Source of the DNA: Epiperipatus broadwayi | Lineage: Eukaryota; Animalia; Onychophora | DNA: 64,000 nucleotides | Direction of reading: 5' to 3' | NCBI GenBank assembly: GCA_028023455.1 | Contig: JAQFVV010000005.1 | Span: forward strand, 20,708,001 to 20,772,000 | In this document: piece after piece, positions 42,349 through 55,866 of the stretch | Position numbering within the stretch: the first letter of the stretch is position 1 | Layout of the letters: every line of letters starts with the position of its first letter | Program-made: the position numbers and the translations under genes | Notes under the pieces: model-generated | Seen by the model: the letters and a program-made list of their open reading frames with translations, nothing else | The model's database searches: none | Told to the model about the DNA's origin: nothing

Positions 42349-44039
42349 TCAAGATTTTCAGCGCTTTATAATAATAGATTTATATTTAATATAAATAAAT
42401 TTGTTTTAAAATAAATAAACTCAGAATACATTTAAATTTATTTGCTGGAATAACAGCTTTAACCTTTGGTTAGATCCTGTTCTTCAGAAATGTCTCTGGA
42501 GATCAACTTAATATTTATAGAAAACTTTTCCCCATCATTCTCCCTGTTATCCTTATATTTTCATTTAAATCAGTGCTTAAATTTCTTATGAACTATAGAG
42601 CAATAAATCATTTTGATTTCCGTGAAAGAGTGTAATAGTGAAGTGGTGGCCTATGCGTTCAAGATGCATAACTAGTACTCCAGCTTTTCTTCACTTCTGG
42701 TGTTCAAATTTCTTATGAATTCAGAATTTCCATGCAAAAAAACTGTTTGGGTATCTATTCCTTAATTAAACAAACAAATTGATACATATAATAAATAAGG
42801 GCCATTTTAGAAAATATTATCTTACAGGTATCTTTCTCACACTAAAATCACTTTTTTAATAAACACTAAGTAGAATAGAAAGTCATATATTATATATATA
42901 TAAGAGATTTTTAAATGAAATATTTTTCACTCCAACATAATTTTTAAAAAAAAAAGGCAATTGAAATATTTTATTAATTTTATTTTTAAGATATTAAAAA
43001 CCATACATATATTTATCATTGAGCAAAAAAACAAAGTGGGTGTGGTGAAAAAGATATATGGGGTATGGAAACGATCCCAAGTTTCAATTGATTTGGTGCA
43101 ATGGTAGAATAGTCGCTCTATCACACCCGGTGCTCGAACTTTTTAGGAACTCTCAAGCAAGAAACTATTTGATGATATTTTGATCCTTAAAAATAATAAT
43201 AAATTTGACCGTATAAAAATTCCTTAACCAAAATTTCATCTTCCAATTATTTTAAAAATAAAAATGGCTAGAAAAAAAACATTAAATTTGAAATTATAAA
43301 TAAAAATAAAATCTATCTATTTTAAAAAGATAAATTTCTAACTTATGATACATTAGAACAGCAATTATTAAACTTTTTTTTAAATTATAGCTTCTAATTT
43401 GCATAATTTACAGATTTTCACAATGAAATTCTTTATAAGAATGTAATAAATACACCAACGTATTTATTTTATATTATTTTATACTATTATTTATTGACTA
43501 TTAAATTTTTTTTAAATAAGTATAAAACAGTATTTACTATCAACAAAAGTAACTTTCCATATGGAAATAATATACACAACTTATTTGCCATATTCATGAC
43601 CTGAATTCGAACATGAGTGAAGTAAAATGTGATCATGGATAGATAATCACCATCATTATTTTAAATCATTGTAAATCCCTTACAATTATTCTGATCTAAC
43701 ACTTTGAGATCAATTTTAAAATTTAGAATGTTCATTTATTGCTATCTCTTTTAGCAATATTCAATATTAGCCAATAAATGAATATGTAATAGTGCTTAGC
43801 TAGAGAATAGAATGGAAACATCTTACACCTTCCTTAACAATCATGTGATGGCCAAGCCTAGTGAATAATGCTTTCTCATTTACTATCACTCTATTGGAGA
43901 CAGGTAAGGCTTTTGCTGACAATTGGCTTTATAAATTTTTGCTGTAAAATTGTAATTAGGGTTAATAAAGTAAAAGGGGGATATTTTTGATTTCATTCAC
44001 CATTATTGCCAGCCATTCAAAGTCTGTCCAAGTTTAATC

Positions 44040-44155
44040 TAGTTTTTTTAACCCATAACTTCTCTTCTCCATATCACTCCAACAAAGTTGCTTATTTTAT
44101 CCATCTCACACATGGTCTTTATCTAATATTTTACAATCTCTTAGGCAACCACATA
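44040..44155 (-). mobile_element. Short RTE 3' relic
   Basis: TTATTTTATCCATCTCACACATGGTCTTT...TTTTACAATCTCTT matches 52845-52905. Confidence 0.55.
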
Positions 44156-45797
44156 AGTAAATGAATTAAGTTAAAAGTTCATTTTACTGATTCAGTGAGA
44201 AGAGCAGTTTGCTATACCACCAAAATTTTGCAGATTAATGCAGGATCAAAGATACTTTTCCAATTAGACCTAGTAAACTCACTTTTTACTTCCAGGATCA
44301 TTTTTCAGTCTGACAAAGCGTTACTTTTAACAATATCGTTTACAGATAAATAAATTATTAATAAACTCAACATAAGCATTATAGTTAAATAAATAAAAAT
44401 CATAGTCATTTAACATAGCATTAATGAGAGGTAAAAAAAATCTTATGATTGAACAAACTCTTAAGAATTTGAAGACAGTAACTGTGAGAAAGGGAGAATA
44501 AATTACTAAGAACCTCCCTAAGAAAACAATTAATAATTTTAAGACGCTGAAATTCACAGCGAAGACTGCAAGCATGCACGATAAAAAAATGAGTTTGAAT
44601 GACTATCCAAAATAGGCTAAGGTAACACGGCAGGAATATTTGACTACTGTCAGTGGCTGTTTGATCTCGCTTCTTTCCACTCTTATTAATGCAATTTATT
44701 CTTGTATCTTAATATTTAAAGCTATTCCATAAATATCAATGACCTTTCATTTTGAATATATATTTTTTCCTTTGTGTATATATATACATTGAATTTTCTC
44801 TTCCAGAAATTACTATGACTTATATATACATACAAAAGTGCGTATACTGACAAATGTTTAATATTTATCAATATTTAAAAAAAAAAAATCATTTAAATAT
44901 ATCATTCAAGTAAAATTATTTTCATCTTTCTTGTTTTTATTGATTTTTATTTTGGTATTATTTTGGTTTATGAAAACAGAATCGATTCTAAAATTAGCAG
45001 TTTAATAAGAATTACTATTTATAATACATAATCCAGTTTTTCTATTATTAAATGTTATCTATTTTAAATATGAATTTCCATAAAACTTAAATATTTTATA
45101 AAAAGAGAATTGAAAATAAAACCTTTTTAATCCAGTGTTTATCTCTTTACAAATCTATTTTAATAATAATAACTGAATAGGTTATTACGCGGGAATTCTT
45201 AAAAAGATTAAACACCGGAAGTGATACAATTAATCGAAAAGTAGAAGCCTTGAGTTCCAGAGTCTGCGATTCTATCCCTACATCAAATCATTGAAGGTAC
45301 AAATTCTAAAAATGGTTAGTTTTTTTAGAGGGGACTGAAGTGAAAGAATGAGCTTTCATTTGGAGAACTATTAATGCTCAAATCCGCCACTAAATCATAC
45401 AGAGTACGATTCTGTTCATTAAAGATTAATACTTACAGCAGTCAATTTCATAACTATAACTACGTTTCTCTTTAACAATTACTGATTATATATATACAGT
45501 ATATCCAATGTGCTCCAGTAAAAAGATACTACTAACTGGTTCTCTCTCCAAACTACTTACAGCCCATCTTTAAATCAATGTATGAATATCATGCAGCGAC
45601 ATAACTTAATTACTGACTACAAAATTTTAAGAATTCCTTATGACAAAGAATATATTATTGAGTTTAGTATTTTAACCATGATGGAATAACATGCTAACAT
45701 TAAATGTTGCTATAATTAAGCAAAATTCCTTATTGAAATGTTTTGAAATGATTCAAATTACATGACAATGAAATTTCAAGTGGGTTTCATTATACAG

Positions 45798-45965
45798 AGG
45801 CAAAACTCTCCATACAGTAGCACCAATCAGTGCAAGCCACAATAATCAATGGATCAGGAAGGTTTGGGCATAAAATCCCTATCTAGGGCCTACTCATCCA
45901 GTATCCCCAGATCTGTCTAGGTGCAGTGCTATCTGATCCAAGGTTCCTCAATGATAAAAGCCACT
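45798..45965. repeat. Family A fragment (minus copy plus short plus copy)
   Basis: GGCAAAACTCTCCATACAGTAG...ATCCCCAGA, then CTAGGTGCAGTGCTATCTGATCCAAGG. Another small fragment lies at 7031-7085. Confidence 0.8.
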
Positions 45966-48223
45966 CTCTTCTATAAGACTATTCAGTAAAATATCCAGAA
46001 TTTATGATTTAAAGAATAAATGTGATGAAAGTACAAGTTTAAAAAAAGTACTGCTAACATCTAAACCTAATGGTATATATATATATTGAGAAGTTAGATG
46101 GAGATTACTGGTCGAGAGATGGCCCATTTTAATATTAATAATAATCAAATGGCTACGAATTCATAAAAAATTTGAATGCCAGAACTGGATTCAATCCAAA
46201 TATTTTACACTTCAGTCTGATACTCTGCCACTGCATTAAACGATGGGATGGAACCAAGGATCTTATCCGAGTCTCCTCTACCACTTCACTAAACCATGAC
46301 CTGTGTGGTTTAGTGTAATAGTAGAGTATTATGTCAGATTCTGCAATATAATATCATCAGATCAACTCCACAGGTGGCACTTTCGGAGCTCAAACTTCTT
46401 ATGGACTTTCAAGCAATAAAACCATTTGATTATTATTATTGTTTGAATAGGTTTATCTCTCAACTAGTGATTTTAGGTGACACATGACTGCTGAAATACT
46501 GGCGATCTTCTGACGTGAACGGCTCTTTCAAATAATATGATTGATGATATAGTGGAAATATAAAATGTGATTAGATGTTATGTCATGGCAAATGCCTTCA
46601 TTTTATGATATGTTCAATGGTTGCTATTGATGAAAAATATCAATCCTTCAGTTTCAAATAATAAGGTGATGAATTTCTTTGGAAAGAAGTGGTTCTTTTG
46701 TAATGTGATCTTATACAAACAGTTAATTGAAAGCTAGATGATTAATTCATTCTTCAGCAATGGACTTAGTGAATTGTATTCTAACTAAAATTAGGATATA
46801 TTTAGACATTTTTGATTTTCTCGGCATATGTTGTACTTTTGATTTTTTATTTAACTGCTTCTGGGTTTTGATATGCAGATTTCCTTGACAGTCAATCTTG
46901 CTTGTGAAGGATGTGGTTGTATAATCCTCATGACAAGGATTAATTTAGTTGTCAGTTATAATGGCCAAATATAATTCTAAATTGGAACTTGTAGCCAGAA
47001 ATTTGATTATCTTATCAGGTTAAAATCTGAATTAATTATCCAATCAGCTTTGCTGTTGTTCTCTACTTTCAATAAGATCTACTCTTGGTAGAAAATTTTT
47101 AAAAAATCTAATTTTTTTAAACAGCTTTTCTTCAAAGTTGATAAAACAGTGCTGCAGTTTATGAGAAAAATTAATTTATATACTACCTGTGATTGTCTTT
47201 AAAAACAATTACCGAATAAATATTGCTATACTGTTCTTCCTAAGTTCTGCAGATAGGCACAACATTTCTCATACATTGCAATTATCTACAACCAGTGCTA
47301 ACTTTGGTGGACTAGAACCTCTCAAGATTATGCATTCTTGCCATATTTATATTATTTATTACATTACAAATATATGAATTAAATATGTGAAACATTGAGT
47401 ATAATTTTCAGCTCCATGTTGAATTTTAATTCTAGATCAAGTGCAATTGAATGCTTGACAACATCTACACTACGGTGTCTTTTAGAAAACAGACTTTAAA
47501 GTCTAGTTGAGAATCACTTCTGTTATATTTATAATTATAATTTTCAATATATATCTATCAATACATTGTCATATAAAACTATCTCTGATTTAATCCAATT
47601 TCTCTAATCTATATATTTCTTTTCCATAATTTCTTATGGCATACATTCATCTCTGATACAGTCTTTTACTAGATCTTCTACAATCTTCTGGGATAGTGTT
47701 TAAAGTTAAACTGTTCATCTATTATCATTTTTTATTGCAAACTATCTAATTTAATTCTATTTTAGACGAATTCTTTCAATGATATAAATATTAACTGATA
47801 GTTCCGTCACCTGAATTTATAACTTTGATCCAACCTTACTAATTCTATAATGCACCTCTCCAGATTTTTGTTTGATATCTATTATATATATTCATTTAAA
47901 AGTTTGTTTGTTACTTAATAACTCAACAAATATTGCATTAATCTTCATGAATCTTGCATGATTTTCTTTCTTTTTTTTTTTTTTTTTTTTTGGAGAATTA
48001 CAAAGGCTATGAATTTTTGCTTGATGATATATAATTGTTTTAGAAAAAAATGGTAATTTATTCCTAACACAACAAATACAGAATCTGAAAGTTTGTCGTA
48101 GTAGTGACTTCTGTTTTTCATCATTTAAAAATATTTTCAATCACAGAAGAAAAAAGTGTAAACTAAGAAAATTGAGAAGAGTTATTAAGTAATAAACAAA
48201 CATTCAAATTTATATATATATAT

Positions 48224-50030
48224 ATGATCAAAATTACCCCAAATTCACAACTCAATCATACTAGTAAAAAAACAACAACTCTAAAACACAATCAATGGTT
48301 TCACTTCCACAAGCAGACTTCTCAAGTGTAAAGAACTACAAAATAACAAATTTAAACTAAACATTATCCACAATTCTACTTACATCTCAACCCTTAATAT
48401 TAAAAGAACTTTAATTCTTCTTTTGATTTCATTACTCTCAAAGAAGACAACTTTAGCCTCATCAAAATTAATAGTGTGGCCTACATCTTTTTCATGAATA
48501 TATAAAGCAGAACTTGGATATTTATTTTTAACCTACTTTTATGCACTTTTATTCTTTCATTTAAGCTCAAACTACTCTGACCTATATATACCTTCTTATA
48601 AAAACAAGGGATAATATACATTACTCCAGGAATAGTCTTTTTATTAAAAATTTTCTTTGTTTGATTTAACAAATTATTCCATGTAATACTCCCTTTACAA
48701 ACAATTTTCATATTTCCAAACAAATTACTATTTTTACATATAATTCTTTAAGAAGACAATTTTATTTATGGCCAAAAAAATAAAATCATATTTTTCTTTA
48801 TCCTTTACATTATTACAAATATTATTACTATTAAATAAAATACTTTTAACAAATTTATTAGAGTAGCCAAAAATTCAAATAATCTTTATAAAATTGACCT
48901 TTCTGAAACAAAGCTACCCCACTAAAATTATTTAATTTCTTATTTCTATAATGATAATTTCTTAAAGCAGCTACTTAATGAGATACAGATTGATAGCTAT
49001 CAGATTTAATTATAGACCTTAACTCTTTATCTTAACATAAAGTCTATATACTAAATAATTATTCTTTACATTTCTAATCACCAATAAAATCTAAAAATTT
49101 TAATTTAACAAAATCTTACCTCCCTCTTTCTACAACATATTTTATAGAAGGATCAAAACAATTAAATTCATTTACCAACTCTTTCAATTTGTCATTCTCA
49201 ACCACAAACAAATAATTATTCACATATCTCACAAATAACTTTAAATATAAACAATTCTTCTTAATAATAATTTCCTTTTCCAAATAATTAACATAAACTG
49301 AACAAATTAAAGGAGAAATAATATAACCTATTATCCACCTTTCCTTAATCATATAAAAATTATCGTTATAAATAAAATACATAAAATCCTTCAATAATAA
49401 AAGCAAATCTTTAATAACTTTAACTTATTCTTTGACAAAAGATCCATGTTTAACCAACACAGACATAAGAACATTAATACTGCATAATCTATTAACAGAT
49501 TGAAACATATTCTCGATATCAAACTATCAAATACCCAATTACTTTCCATTTTAAAATTATTAATCTTATCAAAAGCCCCAAAATAAGAAAAAAAATTGTG
49601 TAATGACCAAAATAAACAAATTATTTTAAAAAATTATTTAAGAACCTAAAAATACTCTACATCACTACTTGTAAAGTCAAAAAGGAAAACCACCTTTGTT
49701 AGTCTTAATATTCATAAGCATCTTAGTTGATTTGAAGTCATTAGGATAATATTTTAAATAATCTACTCTATTAAAAAATTTTAAATTTACCTTTTTTTTC
49801 ATAATATATATTAACTTTCTTTTAATCACATTAACAGGATCTTTTTCTAAAAATATATATTTATCATTATTTAATTCTTTATCTATTTTTCTCTCTAAAC
49901 TCATTTTCTTTCATAATGACAAATCGTCTGCTTAAAACAGTGAAATTATTGGTTGTGTTTTAGAGTTTATATTTTTCGGCTAGTCTAGTTGAGTTGTGAA
50001 TTTGGGGTGATTTTGATTATTTTATTGACT
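48224..50030 (-). mobile_element. Decayed Penelope-like element (RT + GIY-YIG endonuclease) flanked by inverted ~105-bp terminal repeats
   Basis: ORF fragments in order: 49677-49904 (YIFLEKDP...KTNKGGFPF, Penelope RT N-terminal-like); 49116-49406 (SPLICSVYVNYLE...RYVNN, a decayed SP..A..Y...E / RYVDD); 48481-48723 (GVMYIIPCFYKKVYIGQS...LNERIKVH, GIY-YIG). 48224-48325 is the inverted copy of 49925-50030. Confidence 0.85.
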
Positions 50031-52748
50031 ATAAATATAATAAATAATCTCAATATTATCACATATTCTTTTAAATTCATAAAAATAAAGATACAACAAA
50101 AGACAAATGCCCCCAAGATGCATTTTATGCTAAACCAGTACTTATCAGTCGGTCCAAAATGTAATTTTATTGATTAGTTTAGATTTAGACTTTTAATATA
50201 TATATATATATACAGTGACACCAAAAACTACACTAGATATAAGTACACAACTTCAATTACAGCTATCCAAAGAAAAATGTAAACAAATAACAAAAAACCT
50301 ATTAAAATTCACAAATTTTATTATATTCAAGCAACATTTTTTCTCCGAGCACCATGCTCAATTATATATATATATTTAATAAAAAAAATTTGATTTATAT
50401 TTTATTCATCCTTTATTATGTTTTCTGAATTTGATGTGCAGTATTTTAGATAGTAAATTATTTTCTAAGAGAACATACTTAAAGTTAATACTGACTTAAA
50501 AAAATAATAAAAGAGATCATAATTTCTTGTTAAAGAGACTAGTCTATTATGTTTCTATAAGAAAAAAAGATATTGAAAAAAAAAAAATACCCAGAGCATA
50601 TTTAATTAATAGTGAGAGAGTCAAACATTTTACTATTTACTTTATTTTAAAAATAAAAATACTGTAGTCACTTTTATATGTAAATATATCCCTTCAATTT
50701 TTTTTAATTTTATATTATTTTTTAAAATTTTATTTATACATATGTATAAAAAAGCATCTGTGTTATATATATATGTGTGTGCATGTTGGAAAGTACTATA
50801 CACTTGCAGTTCAATAAACAATGCATATTCTAATCTAATCAATGTTTATCAGCAAAATGTGATCTATTATATATATACATTGAATAGGAGATTGACTTGG
50901 AATAAAATATAATGTAGTTCACAGTTGCACTGTAAATCTAATAAAAATATATTTGAAGGATCATTAAAAATTCTGTTCTTCCTAAGAGTAAGCTTGTGGT
51001 TAAGACCTATAGAGGTCCCTACCTTCCTATTTTCAAGCGCACATGCTTAAAGGTTTATTGCCTTAGTAAATATTAAAAATATTGTAGTGGACTGATTATT
51101 AATTTATTATGCACTCTGCTATTATTTTTAAAAGTATGTGATTTATAAAGATTGTGTCTGAGGGATTACTTGTCTGCACATAATGAGCATTGCAATAGTA
51201 TAATTCAAATATTTCAATAAGAATTAAATGATTTAAAGATAACAAAGAATAAGTACTAGCAGTCTAAACAAATAATTTAGCAATATTTTAATTAAAGACA
51301 GCTCAACTGTACATAAATGTCCTTTCCTCTATCCTGATCCTTATATATATGCATTTGAAAAATTTGTTTGCTAGGCTATAGATTTTTCTTTATAGTATTT
51401 AATTTTTAAAATTTGGCAATTTTCTACTAACATAATCAAGCTGCAGGGATAGCTAGTATATATATAAATAATTTTTATTTGAAGATTTGATCTTTTGAAA
51501 TTTGCTATTTTAAAATTTCACTTGTTACTCTAAAAACTTAATTATGAATTATTTTTTGAATATATAATTAAGGTTCTACCTCATTTATTTAATAAAGTAT
51601 TATTAAAATTTAAAGTAGCAATTTACCAAGATTTAAATAATGAGCAATTTAATTTGAATTTGTCTTCCCCTCCCCTCCTATGCAATTTTCTGAAATCTAT
51701 TTTTTTTTCCTTTTTCCAATTGTCATTTTAAAAATTCAATTTCTCTTCTTCTTTTTTTTTAACTTTTAAAAATTTTTCAATTTTATAAATTAGATTATCT
51801 AATAAAGTCTAGTAACATATCAACTCTTCCTAAAAATTAAAAAAGAACTAACTTTTAATTCAAGTAAACATTGAAATGTCTGCTTGCAAATAGGGACAAA
51901 TTTCAATAGAATATTCCCGTACTAAATATCATCTTAAATCATTTATAAAATACCAAAGAATCACACGATTCTTCTAGGCATTCAGCAGTAAAGCCTGAAT
52001 CTTTACGATAATTTGACCATGAGATCATTTGTGTATTTTATATCATCTTTATGTCAGAATTCATAATATATGTAGTTTATCTTATACTGAAATTATTAAA
52101 ATAAGTGTTATTTAAAATAGTTTCAGACAGATACAGTTTAAACAAATATATAGCCTTGGTTCAAATTCTTGGGATAATTAAAAATTTCAAACCATTACCA
52201 TAACTACCATACCAAGCTTAAAGGCCAACATATGTTTTATTATTTATCTATTATATTTTTCAAACCAAAATAAATGTCAAATAATCAAAAGCCAATCACA
52301 ACAGTTATAAGTTAGCTTATCCAGTGTCCTCGATTTACTTATTCCTTTAAATTGATCAGAGTTGAAAAATAGGTGTCATTACGTGGCTCAAAATGTGATT
52401 AACTTTTAGTATATTATATATATTAATTTACTTCACTTTGAAAAATTGCAATATTTAAAAATTTCTTTCTAAATTAAGTTTCTTTATAACTTTTTTATTC
52501 TATATAGTTTTGTTCAGCATCATAGTTACAGACTCAAAAGCAAAAGATTCCTGAATCAACATTACATGGCTTCCTAAAAAATGTCTTTAATTATATTCTT
52601 TACTTAGTGTAGTTGTTAAATCAAAATTCAATCTGCTATTTTCTGATGCTCAAAGTTGATCTTCGATTAAAATGACTTTTAGTTCTCGAATTTACCACTG
52701 TATTCAAATGTCGCATGACCTCTCAAGCAGTCATCATCATCATCATCA

Positions 52749-55706
52749 TCAACCATTATCAATCCACTGCAGGATGAAGGTCTCTCCAAGTTTAATCCAT
52801 CTTCTCTGATCTTTAGCTTCTCTTCTCCACAACACCCCTGCACATTTTCTTATTTCATCCATCCATCTCACATGTGGTCTCTTTCTGGGTCTTTTACAAT
52901 CTCTTGGAATCCAGTTTAAAATTTCAATTGTCCATCTATTATCATCTCTTCTAGCAATATGTCCAGCCCAACTCCATTTCAATCTTTTAATTTTTTCAAT
53001 AAGGTCAGTAACACCTGTTTGTTGTCTTACCCATACATTGCGTTTTCGATCTCTTCTTGTTACTCCCAACATACATCTCTCCATACTCCTTTGAGTGGTC
53101 TGAAGTCTCTGTATTGCTCTTCTATTAAGTGTCCAAGTCTCAGATCCATAAGTAAGAACTGGTAAAACACATTTGTTAAAAACCATCCTTTTCAAACACA
53201 TAGGCATATTTCCTTTTAGTATCAAGTTATTTCTACCAAAAGCACTCCAACCAAGTTTAATTCTATGATTAATTTCCTCCATTATGTTTCCATCTGTATT
53301 AATAATCTGACCAAGGTATTTGTAACTGTTAACTTCTTCTAATTCTTCATAATCAATCTTTATTTTCATATTTTGAGCAAATCGATTAAACATTACTTTA
53401 GTCTTTTTAACATTTATCTTTAGTCCTACTTTTCTACTTTCATCTGCTAACTCCTGCAACATTTCCTGCAGCTCTGAAGCATTATTTGCAAAAACAACTA
53501 CATCATCTGCAAAATCTAAATGACTTAAATACTCTCCATTTACTTTCACTCCTTTAGTTTCCCATTTTAATCCACAAAATACTTCTTGCAGCACTGCTGT
53601 AAAGAGTTTTGGAGATATGGAGTCACCTTGTCTTACACCTTTCTCAATGTTGATTTTTCCAGTATCATTATGTAATCTAATTGTTGCTGTTGCATTTTTA
53701 TAAATATTCTTTAAAATATGACAATATCCTGGATCTATACCTTGATGATCCAATGCTTTAATCACTGAAGAAATGTGTATAGAATCGAATGCCTTTTCAT
53801 AATCTACAAATCCAAAACATAATGACAACTCATATTCATTTGTCCTTTCTATGACTTCTCTCAATACCTGGATATGATCTATTGTACTAAAACCACTTTT
53901 AAATCCAGCTTGTTCTCTTGGTTGGTGGAAATCCAAAGTTCTCTGTAGACGAGTTGTAATTATCTTGGTAAAAATTTTATATAAAACTGATAAAAGGCTG
54001 ATAGGTCTGTAATTTCTAATATCTTCTTTATCACCTTTTTTAAATATTAATATTATTACTGCATTCTTCCAATCTTCCAGTACATCTTTATCATTTAGAC
54101 ATTTGGTATATAACTTTGCTAAAATTGTTTCTATTTCTTCACCTGCTTCTTTTAATATATCAATTATAATTCCATCATTTCCTGGAGCCTTTCCTTTCTT
54201 CATACACTTAATTGCATGTCTCACTTCTTCATTTAAAATTCTGGGCAATTCGGAAGATGTAATAGATATAGGAGGTACTTGTTCTTTATTACTATATAAT
54301 TCTTGATAAAAATCTTCTACCAATTTCATGATGTCATCTCTCTTTTTAGTAATAATTCCATCTTTTTTTCTTATTGCAGATATAAATTTCCTACCAATAC
54401 CAAAATGTTGTTTAACATTTTTGAGACTTTTATTTTCTTCTACAGCTTTCCTTGCTATTTCACAGTTATACTTTCTTATATCATTTTCAACTCTTTTCCG
54501 TACCATTTTACAAAATTCGAGATATTCAATTCTTTTTAATACATCATTTTTGTATATCTTCATATTCCTTCTTTTCTTCATAAATTCTCTAGTCTCAGTA
54601 GAAATTTTATTAGTCAATTGCTGCTTTTTTCTACCAGCTATGTTTGTTGCAGTTTTTAAAAGTGTATCAGTTATTTTCATATTAATTTCATTCAAATCTG
54701 AATCATGTTCAAAATCTCCTAACACTTGAAACCTATTTGTAAGTTCTAATTTAAATTCATTAGAATGTTTCTGAAGATTAGGAATATCAACTGTAAATAT
54801 TGTTTTTCTTAATAATTTTTGTCTCTCTAGTTTTACATTAACACGTAACTTACACCTTACTAATCGATGATCACTTCCTGTGTTAAATTTATTAAGAACA
54901 TTACAATCTTGAAATATGTATTTTCTGTTAGTCAAAATATAATCCAATTCTGCTGTACCTTCATTTGGATGCTTCCATGTCCATTTCCTTTTAACATTTT
55001 TCTCAAAAAATGAATTCATAATATAAAGTTTTTCTTTTTCTGCAAACTCCACAAGTCTATGTCCTCTCTCATTTCTATTACCATAACCAAAATTACCTAC
55101 AGCAATTTCATCTTTCATTTGTCTACCAATTCTAGCATTAAAGTCTCCCATAACAATTTTAAAATGTTGTTTACTCTGATCAAAAGCCTTTTGTACATCC
55201 ATATAAAAATCTTCTACTACTTCATCACTATGAGAACTTGTTGGGGCATAAACCTGAATTATCTGCATTTGGTATCTGCTATTAAGTTGTATAACTAATC
55301 TTGCCACTCTGTCCGATACACCATCAATCTCCACAATATTGTTCTTCCACTTTTTATTTATAATGAATCCTACTCCACTTGTATTTCCAATATGTGTGCC
55401 TTTATAATAGAGTATATGTCCACTTTTTAAATCAATTGTTTCTTCTCCTTTTCTTCTAACTTCACAAAGTCCAATAATGTCCCATTTAATATAAGACAGT
55501 TCTTCTTCTAATTCTTGCAATCTTCCTTCACTTGAAAGTGATCTGCAGTTGTAAGTACCTAAATAAAAAGTCGTCATCAAATGGCAGCCTGGGTCCGCAA
55601 TCAGGGGATTCTTAGCACCCTCCGCCTTCGGCCACCAACCGCTGCCTTGGTTGGTGACTTTACAGCCTCCTGGGAATAAGGGCCATGCTTTATTTTTGTC
55701 TGTCAT
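52749..55706 (-). CDS. RTE ORF: apurinic-like endonuclease + reverse transcriptase (985 aa)
   Basis: APE motifs LGTYNCRSL, DIIGLCEVR, IIQVYAPT, MGDFNA, LDYILT, SDHRLV. RT motifs YRPISLL, REQAGF, FVDYEKAFDSI, GVRQGDSISPKLF, FADD, YKYLG. RTE-type C-terminus (YGSETW, LKWSWAGHIAR, RPHVRWMDEI). No stops; the true start may be a downstream Met. Confidence 0.95.
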   Translation of the reverse strand: MTDKNKAWPLFPGGCKVTNQGSGWWPKAEGAKNPLIADPGCHLMTTFYLGTYNCRSLSSEGRLQELEEELSYIKWDIIGLCEVRRKGEETIDLKSGHILYYKGTHIGNTSGVGFIINKKWKNNIVEIDGVSDRVARLVIQLNSRYQMQIIQVYAPTSSHSDEVVEDFYMDVQKAFDQSKQHFKIVMGDFNARIGRQMKDEIAVGNFGYGNRNERGHRLVEFAEKEKLYIMNSFFEKNVKRKWTWKHPNEGTAELDYILTNRKYIFQDCNVLNKFNTGSDHRLVRCKLRVNVKLERQKLLRKTIFTVDIPNLQKHSNEFKLELTNRFQVLGDFEHDSDLNEINMKITDTLLKTATNIAGRKKQQLTNKISTETREFMKKRRNMKIYKNDVLKRIEYLEFCKMVRKRVENDIRKYNCEIARKAVEENKSLKNVKQHFGIGRKFISAIRKKDGIITKKRDDIMKLVEDFYQELYSNKEQVPPISITSSELPRILNEEVRHAIKCMKKGKAPGNDGIIIDILKEAGEEIETILAKLYTKCLNDKDVLEDWKNAVIILIFKKGDKEDIRNYRPISLLSVLYKIFTKIITTRLQRTLDFHQPREQAGFKSGFSTIDHIQVLREVIERTNEYELSLCFGFVDYEKAFDSIHISSVIKALDHQGIDPGYCHILKNIYKNATATIRLHNDTGKINIEKGVRQGDSISPKLFTAVLQEVFCGLKWETKGVKVNGEYLSHLDFADDVVVFANNASELQEMLQELADESRKVGLKINVKKTKVMFNRFAQNMKIKIDYEELEEVNSYKYLGQIINTDGNIMEEINHRIKLGWSAFGRNNLILKGNMPMCLKRMVFNKCVLPVLTYGSETWTLNRRAIQRLQTTQRSMERCMLGVTRRDRKRNVWVRQQTGVTDLIEKIKRLKWSWAGHIARRDDNRWTIEILNWIPRDCKRPRKRPHVRWMDEIRKCAGVLWRREAKDQRRWIKLGETFILQWIDNG

Positions 55707-55866
55707 AATTGTATATATGTATTGGAAAAATATTTATCATTTACACAAACATTCATTCTGCCTTATCAGGCACTGAGAAGAAAGACCATGGTGTTTCTTG
55801 ATCTTAAACTCAGAGGTAAAAAGCCAATAAACTCACCACGCTGGCTAATGCGTGTTGGTGAGCAGC

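Noticed and set aside
52959-55298. Plus-strand ORFs inside the RTE
   Set aside because: Antisense shadows of the RT ORF.
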